Assembly: GCA_963841435.1 (NCBI GenBank)
Contig: CAWJCS010000003.1
Coordinates: forward strand, 704,001-768,000
Source: an uncultured delta proteobacterium
Lineage (GTDB): Bacteria; Myxococcota_A; Polyangia; Polyangiales; Polyangiaceae
Direction of reading: 5' to 3'
Length of the DNA: 64,000 nucleotides
Positions 20,906 to 31,078 of this stretch are shown piece by piece. A model generated the notes under the pieces. That model worked only from the letters and a program-made list of their open reading frames with translations. It was not told the origin of the DNA and did no database searches. Within the stretch, counting starts at the first letter, position 1. Every line of letters starts with the position of its first letter. Both the position numbers and the translations under genes were made by a program.

Positions 20906-22372
20906 ATGACCGACCATGCCGTCGTGATCGCGGGAGGAGGCCCGACGGGGCTGATGTTGGCGGCGGAGCTCGCGCTTGCGAAGGTCGACGTCGTCATCGT
21001 CGAGCGGCGCCAAGGCCAGTACCTCGAAGGCTCGCGCGCAGGCGGACTGCATTCGCGCACCATCGAGGTGCTCGATCAGCGTGGCGTCGCCGATCGCTTC
21101 ATCTCAGAAGGGCAGGTCATGCAGGTTGCGGGCTTCGCGATGATCCCCCTCGACATCAGTGACTTTCCGACTCGCCACCACTACGGGCTCGCGCTGGCGC
21201 AGAAGCACATCGAGCGCATCCTCGCCGCTTGGGTCACCGAGCTTTCGGTACCGATCCATCGCGGACTCGAAGTGACGGGGCTTGCCCAGGACGACACGGG
21301 TGTCGATGTCGAGGTGTCCGACGGGCGTTTGCTCCGGGCGCAGTACCTCGTCGGGTGCGACGGCGGTCGCAGCGTGATCCGCAAGCAAGCCGGCATCGCT
21401 TTCCCGGGGTGGGACCCGTCGGTGAGTTACTTGATTGCCGACGCCGAGATGGCCGAAGAGCCAGCGTGGGGCGTGCGCCTTGGTGAAAAGGGTGTCAATG
21501 CCCTGGGCAAGCGCGAGGGCGGGAAACGCGTGGGCGTCGTGTTGGTCGAGCCGCGCGTCGTAGACGGCGACGAGCCGACTTTGGACGACCTTCGCGGGGC
21601 GCTCATCGCCGTCTACGGGACCGACTTCGGAGCTCACGATGTCACGTGGCTCTCGAGGTTCACCGACGCGGCCCGGCAGGCGGCTTCCTACCGAGAGAAG
21701 CGCGTGCTCTTGGCCGGGGACGCGGCGCACGTGCATTCCCCGGCAGGCGGACAGGGACTCAACATCGGTGTGCAGGACGCCGTGAACTTGGGATGGAAGC
21801 TCGGCCAAGTGGTCCGTGGCACGTCGCGGGAGACGCTGCTCGACACCTACCACGCCGAGCGACACCCGATCGGTGCGCGTGTGCTCGAGAACACCCTGGC
21901 GCATACGGCGCTCAGCCGCGGCGACGACCGGACGAACGCTCTGCGCAAGAACGTGTCCGAGCTGCTCGCGATGGACGAGCCCCGCAAGCGTTACGCCGCG
22001 ATGATGTCGGGGCTCGACATTCGCTACGATCTCGGCGAGGGACACCCGCTGCTCGGGCGCCGCATGCCCGATCTCGACCTGGGCACCGAGAGCGGCCCCC
22101 GGCGCGTGTTCACTCTGCTCCACGATGCCCGGCCGGTTCTGCTCGAGCTCGGTGAGCCCGGCGCCCTCGACATCGCTCCCTGGGTCGATCGCGTCGAGCG
22201 GGTCGACGCTCGCTACGCTGGTGCGTGGGAGCTCCCGGTGCTCGGCGCGGTCGCTGCTCCCACGGCCGTCCTGATCCGGCCCGACGGACACGTCGCGTGG
22301 GTCGGAGACGGCACGGACCACGGCCTCCGCGACGCCCTCACCACGTGGTGCGGACCGCCCACCGCGGCGTAG
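20906..22372 (+). CDS. FAD-dependent monooxygenase (PheA/TfdB, Rox-like group)
   Basis: GGGPTG, VGCDGGRS, LAGDAAHVHSPAGGQGLNIGVQDA, C-terminal LIRPDGHVAW. Confidence 0.9.
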   Translation: MTDHAVVIAGGGPTGLMLAAELALAKVDVVIVERRQGQYLEGSRAGGLHSRTIEVLDQRGVADRFISEGQVMQVAGFAMIPLDISDFPTRHHYGLALAQKHIERILAAWVTELSVPIHRGLEVTGLAQDDTGVDVEVSDGRLLRAQYLVGCDGGRSVIRKQAGIAFPGWDPSVSYLIADAEMAEEPAWGVRLGEKGVNALGKREGGKRVGVVLVEPRVVDGDEPTLDDLRGALIAVYGTDFGAHDVTWLSRFTDAARQAASYREKRVLLAGDAAHVHSPAGGQGLNIGVQDAVNLGWKLGQVVRGTSRETLLDTYHAERHPIGARVLENTLAHTALSRGDDRTNALRKNVSELLAMDEPRKRYAAMMSGLDIRYDLGEGHPLLGRRMPDLDLGTESGPRRVFTLLHDARPVLLELGEPGALDIAPWVDRVERVDARYAGAWELPVLGAVAAPTAVLIRPDGHVAWVGDGTDHGLRDALTTWCGPPTAA

Positions 22373-22512
22373 AACGAATAGTCCCTGCAAAAAAACAGCG
22401 AAAGCAAAATCCCTCGGCTGATCATTTTCGGTTCAACCGCGATTTTGGGGAGCGCGGCGGATGCTCTTGGTCAACTGTATCGGGGCCCGCCGCCAAAACG
22501 CCGACCAGAAAT

Positions 22513-23808
22513 ATGCACAGGATCTCTCACGCTTCTCGTTCTCGTCCCGCACGCCGCATCGTCGTCTGGGGATGCGCGACGGCGTCGTTTGCAGCGCTGC
22601 TCTCCGCCGTGGGCTGTGTCAGCGGGGACGCCGAGCCGCTCGATTCGGTCGGCGCAGCCGCGGGCAGTGGGAACAGGGCGGGCACGGGCTCGGCGGGCCT
22701 TTCGGGCAACGGCGGTGCAAGCGGCAGCGGCGGTACCGCGGGCACGACGGGAGGCGGTGCCGGGACCGGGGGCAGCGGGTCAGGCAGCGGCGGTGCGTTC
22801 GCAGGTAGCGGAGGGAGCGGTGGTGCCCTGGCAGGCGGCGCCGGGATGAGCAGCGGTGGCGCCGGCGCAGGCAGCGGCGGAACGAATGGCGGCATCGGTG
22901 GCGCGGGCAGCGGCGGCACCGGTGGCGCGGGCAGCGGCGGTGCGAGTGGCGGCGCCGGCGTGAGTGGCGGCGGGGGTACGGCTGGCAAGCCCTGCGTGGA
23001 CGTCGAGCCGCCTCCGGATCCGACGTGGCCGGACGCGACGTGCGAAAGCTGGGCCACCGAAACGACCGAGTGCACCGCCACGTGGTTCGCCCAGTATTGC
23101 GACGTGAGCTGTGGCCGCTGCATGCCGGAAGGCGGCGCTGGAACCGGGGGCGCGACCGGCGTGGATTGCTCGACGCAGGGCCTGCCGAACGTCACCGGGG
23201 GGAACGGCTATGCGACGCGCTACTGGGACTGCTGCCAGACGCATTGCGCCCAGTTCGACGGTCATCGCTGTGGCCAGGACGGCGTCTCGAGCACCGGGGA
23301 CATGAACAGCGCCTGCTCGGGTGGAGGCTCCTTCGCCTGCTACGACGAGGCGCCGCATGCCGTCTCCGACTGCCTCTCGTACGGATACATCGCCAAGTCC
23401 AATCCCAACTGTGGCGGGTGCTACCGCATCCAGTTCACGGGCGAAGGACAGTACAGCGCGACCGACCCGGGCTCGAAGCTCATCAAGGGCAAACAAATGA
23501 TCGTCAAGGTGAGCAACACCGGCGGCGACGTGGCAAATAACCAGTTCGACTTGATGATCCCCGGTGGTGGTGTGGGCCAAAACAACGCCTGCTCGAAACA
23601 ATGGAACACGAGCGACCTCGGCGCCCAGTACGGGGGTTTCCTGACGAATTGCACGGGCAGCCATTCGCAGAAGAAGGACTGCGTGCGGCAGAACTGCATG
23701 AAGATCCCCGCGGGGGCCGCGCGCGACGGTTGCATCTGGTTCATCGACTGGTTCGAGGTGGCGGACAATCCGAAGTTCACCTCCGAGTCCACCAACTGCC
23801 CCTTCTGA
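22513..23808 (+). CDS. GH45 endoglucanase lipoprotein with Gly tether and small Cys module
   Basis: Lipobox AVGC; ATRYWDCC; CGGCYRIQFT; NTGGDV..NQFDLMIPGGGVG; GCIWFIDWFEVADNP. Confidence 0.9.
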   Translation: MHRISHASRSRPARRIVVWGCATASFAALLSAVGCVSGDAEPLDSVGAAAGSGNRAGTGSAGLSGNGGASGSGGTAGTTGGGAGTGGSGSGSGGAFAGSGGSGGALAGGAGMSSGGAGAGSGGTNGGIGGAGSGGTGGAGSGGASGGAGVSGGGGTAGKPCVDVEPPPDPTWPDATCESWATETTECTATWFAQYCDVSCGRCMPEGGAGTGGATGVDCSTQGLPNVTGGNGYATRYWDCCQTHCAQFDGHRCGQDGVSSTGDMNSACSGGGSFACYDEAPHAVSDCLSYGYIAKSNPNCGGCYRIQFTGEGQYSATDPGSKLIKGKQMIVKVSNTGGDVANNQFDLMIPGGGVGQNNACSKQWNTSDLGAQYGGFLTNCTGSHSQKKDCVRQNCMKIPAGAARDGCIWFIDWFEVADNPKFTSESTNCPF

Positions 23809-23997
23809 GTCGCGCGCGTCGTCGAGCCCGGTATCGGCGGCAACCCAGGCCGCGACGGCGTTCGACGCGTAACCCCTCCACGAGCGGCGTAGGGGAAGTG
23901 AACGCCGAAATAATCCGAAGAACGAAAGAATGGGCAAAGAAGCACCCGGCAGCTGACTTTCTGACCGGGTGGCAGCTGGTCTGTTTACTGGCGTCGT

Positions 23998-24399
23998 ATG
24001 CAGGAGAGAAGCTCCCTGTCCCCTGATGCCATTTTTTTGATCTTCGTGCCGTGGGCCATCGTCCTGGTGTTGGGCACTCGAAGCGCGCTCTCCTTTCCGA
24101 GAGCTGCCGCTAGGTATCCACTGTGGACGTATCTGAGAATCCTCGATCCCGTGTCTCGCCGCTGGGAGCGGGACGTTGCCCCGGAACACATCCGAGCCTT
24201 GCGGGTGTTCCGACGTTGGAACGTCGCAACGATCACTGCATGTGTGGTGCTGGTGGTGACCGGCTCTATCTACGGCGTTAGGATGCGGAACAAGGGCGAG
24301 CGGATGCTTCAAGAAGAACTCGAATATCAAAGGCATTTGGTTGGGGCTCCGGGGAAACACAAGGGAAGCTCCACGGCTGGACGAGGAGCGCTCCATTGA
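23998..24399 (+). CDS. Small two-TM hypothetical protein in a lower-GC patch
   Basis: Two hydrophobic segments; more A/T-ending codons than neighbouring genes. Confidence 0.5.
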   Translation: MQERSSLSPDAIFLIFVPWAIVLVLGTRSALSFPRAAARYPLWTYLRILDPVSRRWERDVAPEHIRALRVFRRWNVATITACVVLVVTGSIYGVRMRNKGERMLQEELEYQRHLVGAPGKHKGSSTAGRGALH

Positions 24400-24597
24400 G
24401 CGTCAGCGCCGAGGATCATCCCGGCCAAGACGCGGCAGCGGGAGCACGCATGTTCGACATGATGCTCATCCGCGGACACCCATCGGAGCCCGACCAAGTA
24501 GAGGTTGACGGTTCGCTCGCGGCGCGCCGCGAAGACGGGAAGCTCGTGATCGTCGAGGGCGCGAGACCCTGGCAGAACGGCGAGTAGGGCCGCCGGC

Positions 24598-24780
24598 CTA
24601 CCTGGGGAAGTAGCTCGTAGCGCGGCGCTGTCCCGTCGTGCGGATCGCCTTCGCGTCCCAGAGCTTGCCGATCGGTAGCGCGAGATCCTTCGTGCTGACG
24701 TTCATGGCCCTGCCGATTTGTTCGATGCGCTACCGCCGCAGCTCGGGCAGACGCGATCGGCCTCGTCGAGCTCGTCATTG
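24598..24780 (-). pseudogene. Chimeric relic: IS66 zinc-finger fragment joined to the C-terminus of an HTH DNA-binding protein
   Basis: DELDEADRVCPSCGG then, in another frame, RIEQIGRAMNVSTKDLALPIGKLWDAKAIRTTGQRRATSYFPR*. Confidence 0.5.
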
Positions 24781-25222
24781 GTGCGTTCCGGCGTGCCTGC
24801 TTGGCGCTGTCGGCGATTGGCCTTACATCGGTCGCGTGCGACTCGGGCGGAGGTGACGGAGTCGTCCTACTTCGTTTCCAACACTCACCGGCTGCCGATG
24901 ACCGGCAACATCCTCATCCAGCCCGGAGGCAGCGCCATTAGGCCCGCCGTCGTCAAGGAAGTGGCGACCCAGGTCGCCGACGACGGAACGGTTGCGTTCG
25001 ATACGGTCGTGTTCTGACGCTGCCGCCGTTCGTGGTCACCAGCGCGCGCGACGTGGACTGGTTCCGGAGGGCGCACCGGGGTTGCGCGGGCCTGCGCTCG
25101 ATTTTCCTGCCAAGCAAATTCAAGGAGTTGCAGAGGTCTATCGCCATCGGGTGGGAGTGATTTCGTACGCTCCGGACGCCGACGTTCCCGCACGACTCGT
25201 CGTTGCGCTGTAAGGTAAAGGC

Positions 25223-27278
25223 TTGGTCGAAACGTTCGAGCTGAGCCAGCGCCGCATCCTCGAGAGAATTGCCCGTGGCGACGAACTGGGCGAGGTTCTC
25301 GCCGACGTTGCGCGGCTCATCGAGCAGCAAGCCGACGGGATGCTCTGCTCCATCCTGTTGCTCGACGACGGCGGCTCGTGTTTGCGCAACGGCGGGTCTC
25401 CGAGCCTCCCGCGTGATTACGTCGCGCAGCTGGAGGGGTTCCCCATCGGTCCAACCGCCGGCTCGTGCGGCGCCGCAGCGTTCCTCGGCGAACGCGTGAT
25501 CGTCGAAGACCTCGCCAGCCATCCGAACTGGGCCCCCTACAAACACCTCGTGTTGCCCTTGGGCCTGCGGGCGTGCTGGTCGTCGCCGATTTTTTCGCCG
25601 ACCGCCGAGGTGCTCGGCACGTTCGCGATCTACTACCGCGATCCGCGGGGACCGTCGGACCGCGAGCTCGCGTGGGTGGACGATGCCACCCAGCTCGCCT
25701 CGATTGCAATCATGCGCAGGCGAACCGACGAGCGCTTGCTGCGCACCGAGTCGCGGAACGCGATGATCCTCGAGAACGTCGACGACTCGGTCTTTTACGT
25801 CGGCGTCGAGGGACCGAATCTGTATCGCTTCCTCGCCGTCAACCGAGCCTTCGAGCGGACGACCGGCGTGAAAGCTGCTGACGTTGTCGGGCGCATCGTC
25901 ACCGAAGTCGTACCGGCGTCGTCGCACGCTCTCGTTCTCGGCAAATATGCCGAGGCAATCTCGACCCGCACCAAGGTCGCTTGGGAGGAAGTCGCGACGT
26001 ACCCGAGCGGCACGAAATCCGGTGAAGTCACGGTCTGCCCCATCTTCGACGCCGACGGTCGTTGCACGAACCTCGTCGGGACGGTCCACGACATCACGCC
26101 ACGCGTTGCGGCGGAGCGAGCGCGCAAACTGCTCGAGTCGAAGCTCGGCCAAGCGCAACGACTTCAAGCACTCGGAACGCTAGCGGGAGGCGTGGCGCAT
26201 GACTTCAACAATGTGCTGTCGGTGATCCTGAGCTACTCGGAGATGGCGCGCGACGAGCTACTGCCCAGCGAGCCCATGCGCACCACGATGGACGAGATCC
26301 ACACGGCGGCGATGCGAGCAGCCGAGATGACGCGGCAGCTCCTGGCATTCAGCCAGCAGCAGGTCGTCGTGCCGAGGGTTCTGAACCTCAATCAGGCCAT
26401 CGCCAGCATGCAACGCCTGCTCGTGCGTCTGCTCGGTGCCAGACGTCGTGGTCACGATACTGACCGAGCCGTCGCTCTCGAACGTGAGAGCCGATCCAGG
26501 GCAGCTCGAACAGATCGTGATGAACCTCGCCGTGAACGCGCGCGACGCGATGCCGCAAGGCGGCAAGCTCACGATCGAGACCTCGGACGTCGTATTGGAC
26601 GAGGACTACGCGCTCACGCATGTCGACGTGCAACCCGGTCGCTACGTCATGCTCGCCGTGACGGACACGGGGAGCGGGATGGATGCGGCGACACAAACCC
26701 GCATCTTCGAGCCGTTTTTCACGACGAAGCAGCGAGGCAAGGGCACGGGACTGGGGCTGGCGACCGTGTTCGGGATCGTCAAGCAGAGCGGCGGCAACGT
26801 CTGGGTTTACAGCGAGGCCGGTCAGGGCACGACCTTCAAGATCTACCTGCCAGTCGCCGACGCGGAAAGCGAAACCGTCGGACCCGAAAGCGTGCCGCCC
26901 GAGGTGCCGAACGGCACCGAGACGATCCTGCTCGTCGAAGACGACGACCAGGTGCGAGTGGTCGCGCGAGAAGTCCTTCGTGGGCGCGGATACGTGGTTC
27001 TCGATGCCTCCAACGCTGGCGAGGCCCTGCTGATCTGCGAGCAGCATGGCGGCAATTTGGACCTCCTGCTCACCGACGTCGTCATGCCGCGCATGAGCGG
27101 TCGGCAGCTTGCCGAGCGCTTGCGAGACCTGCGGCCCGCGATGAAGGTGCTGTTCATGTCCGGCTACACCGACGACGCCATCCTTCATCACGGCGTGCTC
27201 AACTCAGGCGTTCCGTTCTTGGAGAAGCCTCTCACGCCGATGGCGCTCCTCCGCAAAGTGCGAGAGACCCTGGGGTAG
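25223..27278 (+). CDS. Hybrid histidine kinase (GAF-PAS-HisKA-HATPase-REC); frameshift near 26440
   Basis: GAF motifs [53 protein letters not shown]. Confidence 0.9.
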
Positions 27279-27281
27279 GCC

Positions 27282-28472
27282 ATGGATCAGGGGAAGCATG
27301 CCGATGCTCGACGGCAGGCGGGAGGAGACGAGATTCGCCTACTGCTCGTTGACGACGACCCTGCGGTTATCCGCGCCTACGGTAGCGCCCTCACGCGCCA
27401 CGGCGCCACCGTCGAGACCGCTTCCGACGGCATGGACGCCGCCGAGCAGGTGAAGGCTCGCTCGTTCGATGTGATCCTGAGCGACGTATCGATGCCCGGG
27501 ATGACGGGCATCGAGTTCCTCAGGGCCGTGCGCGCTCATGACCTAGACGTGCCGGTGATCCTCATGACCGGAGAACCCGAGTTGGAGTCGGCGATCCGTG
27601 CGGTCGAGTACGGCGCCTTTCGCTATCTGGCAAAGCCCGTCGGGGCACTGGAGCTCTGGGAGACGGTGGTCCGCGCCGCTCGGCTTCACGCGCTGGCAAA
27701 GCTCAAGCGCGAGGCGCTCGAGCTACCGGGTCGGGATGGGCGACGTCCGAGCGAGCGGGCGGCGCTCGAGGTCCTCTTCTCGCGGGGCATGAGCCTCTTG
27801 TGGATAGCCTGCCAGCCGATCATCGCGTGGCAAAAGCGACGGGTCTTCGGTTACGAGGCGCTGCTGCGCTCGGACGAGCCGTTGATGAGGAACCCCGCCG
27901 ACATGCTCGACGCAGCCGAGCGGCTCGGGCGCTTGCACGATCTCGGGCGCGCCGTCCGGGCTCGGGTCGCCGCAGCAGCGGCCGACGCTCCGGAGGGCGT
28001 CAAGCTGTTCGTGAACCTGCATTCGGCCGATATGAACGACGAGGAGCTGTACTCCGCGGACGCTCCGCTCTCGCAGATCGCCGCGCGGGTCGTGCTCGAA
28101 GTGACCGAGCGCGCGTCGCTCTACGGCGTGAAGAACCTCGCCGCGCGCGCCGGGGAGTTACAGGCGCTCGGCTTTCAGATCGCCATCGACGATCTCGGCG
28201 CCGGCTACGCGGGGCTCACGACCTTTACACAACTCGATCCGAACATCGCGAAGCTCGACATGTCGCTCGTACGCGGTGTCGACACCGATCCGCGGCGGCA
28301 GAGCATCGTCCGCTCGATGAAGAAGCTCTGCGACGAGCTTGGCATTCTCGTCGTCGCCGAGGGAGTCGAGACGGCGTCGGAGCGCGACATGCTCGTGGAG
28401 CTCGACTGCGATCTGCTCCAAGGCTACCTCTTCGCGAAACCCGCTCGGGGGTTCGACCCGCCGAGATGGTGA
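27282..28472 (+). CDS. Response regulator with EAL c-di-GMP phosphodiesterase domain
   Basis: REC (LVDDD, SDVSMP, KP); YEALLR, FVNL, LEVTE, IDDLGAG, AKLD, AEGVE, LQGYLF. Confidence 0.92.
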   Translation: MDQGKHADARRQAGGDEIRLLLVDDDPAVIRAYGSALTRHGATVETASDGMDAAEQVKARSFDVILSDVSMPGMTGIEFLRAVRAHDLDVPVILMTGEPELESAIRAVEYGAFRYLAKPVGALELWETVVRAARLHALAKLKREALELPGRDGRRPSERAALEVLFSRGMSLLWIACQPIIAWQKRRVFGYEALLRSDEPLMRNPADMLDAAERLGRLHDLGRAVRARVAAAAADAPEGVKLFVNLHSADMNDEELYSADAPLSQIAARVVLEVTERASLYGVKNLAARAGELQALGFQIAIDDLGAGYAGLTTFTQLDPNIAKLDMSLVRGVDTDPRRQSIVRSMKKLCDELGILVVAEGVETASERDMLVELDCDLLQGYLFAKPARGFDPPRW

Positions 28473-28578
28473 GCTTTCACGCCGTTCTCGTCACGAACGA
28501 AGTGGGCGCGGTGCTCGGCGCGATGATCCGGCTCGACTCCACGAGCGCGCTCGCCGCGCTGGACGAGGAGAGGTGACG

Positions 28579-29253
28579 ATGCGCCCCAAGGCCTTGTTGT
28601 CGTGGAGCAGCGGCAAGGACAGCGCCTGGGCGCTGCACCTCTTGCGAGAACGAGGCGAGGTCGAGGTGGTCGGCCTCCTCACCACCATCAACCAAGTGCA
28701 CGACCGCGTCGCCATGCACGCCGTTCGTACGGAGCTGCTTCGCGCCCAAGCCCACGCCGCAAACCTCCCGCTCTGGCCAGTGCCCATCCCTTCCCCCTGT
28801 ACCAACGCACAATACGAGGAAGCGATGTCAGCAACGATTGTCCGCGCCCGCGCTTTCGGCATCTCCGTCATGGCGTTCGGCGATCTGTTCCTCGAGGACA
28901 TCCGGCGCTACCGCGAGGAAAAATTGGCGGGGACCAGTATCAGCCCTAGCTTCCCCGTTTGGGGGATCCCAACCGACGAGCTTGCGAGCGACATGATGTC
29001 CGCGGGCCTTCGCGCGAGACTCACCTGCGTGGATCCCAAACAGCTTTCGCCGGCGTTCGTTGGGCGCGACTTCGATGAGGCCTTCTTACGCGACCTCCCT
29101 CCGTCGGTCGATCCGTGCGGCGAACGCGGAGAGTTCCACTCCTTTGCCTACGCTGGCCCGATGTTTCGGAGTCCGGTGGCGATCAGAAACGGCGAAGTCG
29201 TCGAACGCGGCGGCTTCGTTTTCCAAGACCTGCTGCTCGCGGCGGGCGAATGA
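28579..29253 (+). CDS. DUF71/Dph6-related PP-loop ATP pyrophosphatase
   Basis: SWSSGKDS, MHAVR, FGDLFLEDIRRYRE, VDPCGERGEFHSF. Confidence 0.9.
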   Translation: MRPKALLSWSSGKDSAWALHLLRERGEVEVVGLLTTINQVHDRVAMHAVRTELLRAQAHAANLPLWPVPIPSPCTNAQYEEAMSATIVRARAFGISVMAFGDLFLEDIRRYREEKLAGTSISPSFPVWGIPTDELASDMMSAGLRARLTCVDPKQLSPAFVGRDFDEAFLRDLPPSVDPCGERGEFHSFAYAGPMFRSPVAIRNGEVVERGGFVFQDLLLAAGE

Positions 29254-29327
29254 CGATCGCCCCCCAACGCATCGTCTCGTTGCTCGCGAGCGGAACCGAG
29301 CCCTGCGTTGCTCGCCGGGATCGCTAG
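29250..29327 (+). pseudogene. Truncated cobalamin/Fe-siderophore ABC substrate-binding protein (N-terminus only)
   Basis: MTIAPQRIVSLLASGTE (cf. RIVSLLPSATE), coupled by ATGA to the DUF71 gene and cut off at the end of the convergent esterase gene. Confidence 0.55.
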
Positions 29328-29328
29328 C

Positions 29329-30756
29329 TCAGAACTGCGCGATGAACTGCCAGGCCAGCGGCGGAATGAAGGCCTTCAGGCCATCGTCCCCCGTCGAGGT
29401 CCCGTCATCCACGGAGGAGGGGGTGTGCGGGCCGTCGAACGTGCACACTTTGACGGGATAACCCGCCTTGCACCCTTCGAAGTCATAGCAGACGTATTTC
29501 TTGCTACCCACCATCGCCGTCTGGATGTTCCCGGGGATCGTGCAGCCATTGTCCTCTGCGTGAGCGAGGACGCAGTATTTTCCGCCCTGCTTCGCCCCGT
29601 CGTTGCCGACCCACGGACAAGTGGTATCGCTCATGCCGGTTGTCCCCATGTACGCAATCGGCGCCGCATTCGTATCGGTCGGCTCACCCGGAAGATTGTA
29701 GTTGGCCGCTGCCATGGTGACGACCGCGCGCAGCTTCGTCTGACGCGTGATCGACAGGGCATAGGTCATCATCGCTCCGAAGCTGAAGCCCGTGGAAAAG
29801 ACTCGGCTGTCGTCGATGCACAGGTTCGCGTCGATGAGGGCGAGCAGGTCGTCGAACAGGACACTGTCTCGGTTGAAGTCCCATGGAAGATTGCCGACTC
29901 CCGCGGGCGCTACGAAGATGACGGGCTCGTTCGCCGCGGTCGCTTCGCGATGGAGCCCGTAATAGGCATAGTGCTCGGCGTCGAAGTTGGGACCATCCCC
30001 AGCGGGATGTAGGCCATTCGCATTGCCGGTGTCCGAACCATACGCCTGGTACCAGGAAAAGATCAGACGATACGGGTGCGTCGGATCGTAATTCGCCGGA
30101 ATGTCGACGATGTATTCGCGACTCATTCCGCCGCTCATGATCGTGAGTTTGGTCGACGTGGGAAGACCGCTCATGACCGACGAGCCACCCATGGTCAGCT
30201 TTTGCGCGCCATCCATGACGCCACAGCCTTTGCTCGGAACCGCCGCGCCGTTGCCTCCCGCACCTGCCGCGCCCCCGCTGCCGCTGGTGCCCGCGAGCCC
30301 CCCGCCCCCGGCCGCGCCCGCAGCGCCGCCCGCAGCGCCGCCTCCGCCGGCCATGCCCGCCGAGCCGGCCATGCCCGCGCCGCCCCCGCCTCCGATCCCG
30401 GAGCCCCCGCTGCCGCCGACTGTCGTCCCTGCCGCGCCCCCAATGCCTCCCTGGCCGGTGCCCCCAATCCCGCCGGTGCCCGCTACGCCACCGGTTCCCG
30501 CTCCGCTGCTCCCACCACTACCTGCCGCGCCGCCGACGGCGCCAGCGCCGCCCGTTCCCGAGCTCCCGCCTGTTGCCGTGGAGCCGGCCTGACCCGACGC
30601 GCCGCCGCTGCTCGGTGCGCCACCACTCGCGGGAGGGGGTGAGCTCTCAATGGCACAAGCGCTCCCGAGCGCGGCGAAGAGGGGCAATAGGCTCAGAGCG
30701 CGGCGTTTGGGTGGGTGCAAATAGCCTCGCGGAAACGTCTTCGACTGCGTATGCAT
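29329..30756 (-). CDS. Secreted carbohydrate esterase (CE1/LpqC-like alpha/beta hydrolase) with Gly tether
   Basis: Lipobox GSAC; VPSKGCG, REYIVDIPANYD, LCIDDSRVFSTGFSFGAMM (GxSxG), FDGPHTP. Confidence 0.82.
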   Translation of the reverse strand: MHTQSKTFPRGYLHPPKRRALSLLPLFAALGSACAIESSPPPASGGAPSSGGASGQAGSTATGGSSGTGGAGAVGGAAGSGGSSGAGTGGVAGTGGIGGTGQGGIGGAAGTTVGGSGGSGIGGGGGAGMAGSAGMAGGGGAAGGAAGAAGGGGLAGTSGSGGAAGAGGNGAAVPSKGCGVMDGAQKLTMGGSSVMSGLPTSTKLTIMSGGMSREYIVDIPANYDPTHPYRLIFSWYQAYGSDTGNANGLHPAGDGPNFDAEHYAYYGLHREATAANEPVIFVAPAGVGNLPWDFNRDSVLFDDLLALIDANLCIDDSRVFSTGFSFGAMMTYALSITRQTKLRAVVTMAAANYNLPGEPTDTNAAPIAYMGTTGMSDTTCPWVGNDGAKQGGKYCVLAHAEDNGCTIPGNIQTAMVGSKKYVCYDFEGCKAGYPVKVCTFDGPHTPSSVDDGTSTGDDGLKAFIPPLAWQFIAQF

Positions 30757-31078
30757 CTCGTTAATGCTCTCACCTGCCGCGAGCCGGGCGGTTGTTCATG
30801 GATATTTCGGCACAAGCCGGGTGGGGCCCGCGTTGCTGCGAATTTCGTCCGCTCACCCGGCAAGATTCCTAGCAACCGAAGCTGGTGGCTGGTTTTCGAC
30901 AGGGTTCGCAGCGAGGCCGTCATGGTCAGACCGCGGGCCGCTGCGCACACCGCGGGTCTGATCGGGACGGAGAGCAGGCCGTGGGACGCCCTTTGGGGGC
31001 CCGCGTCGTGTCTCAGACGGCCTACTTCCTGTCTCAGACGGCGTCGGCGCCGCCTCCCGACGTCCCACCAGACCCCGC

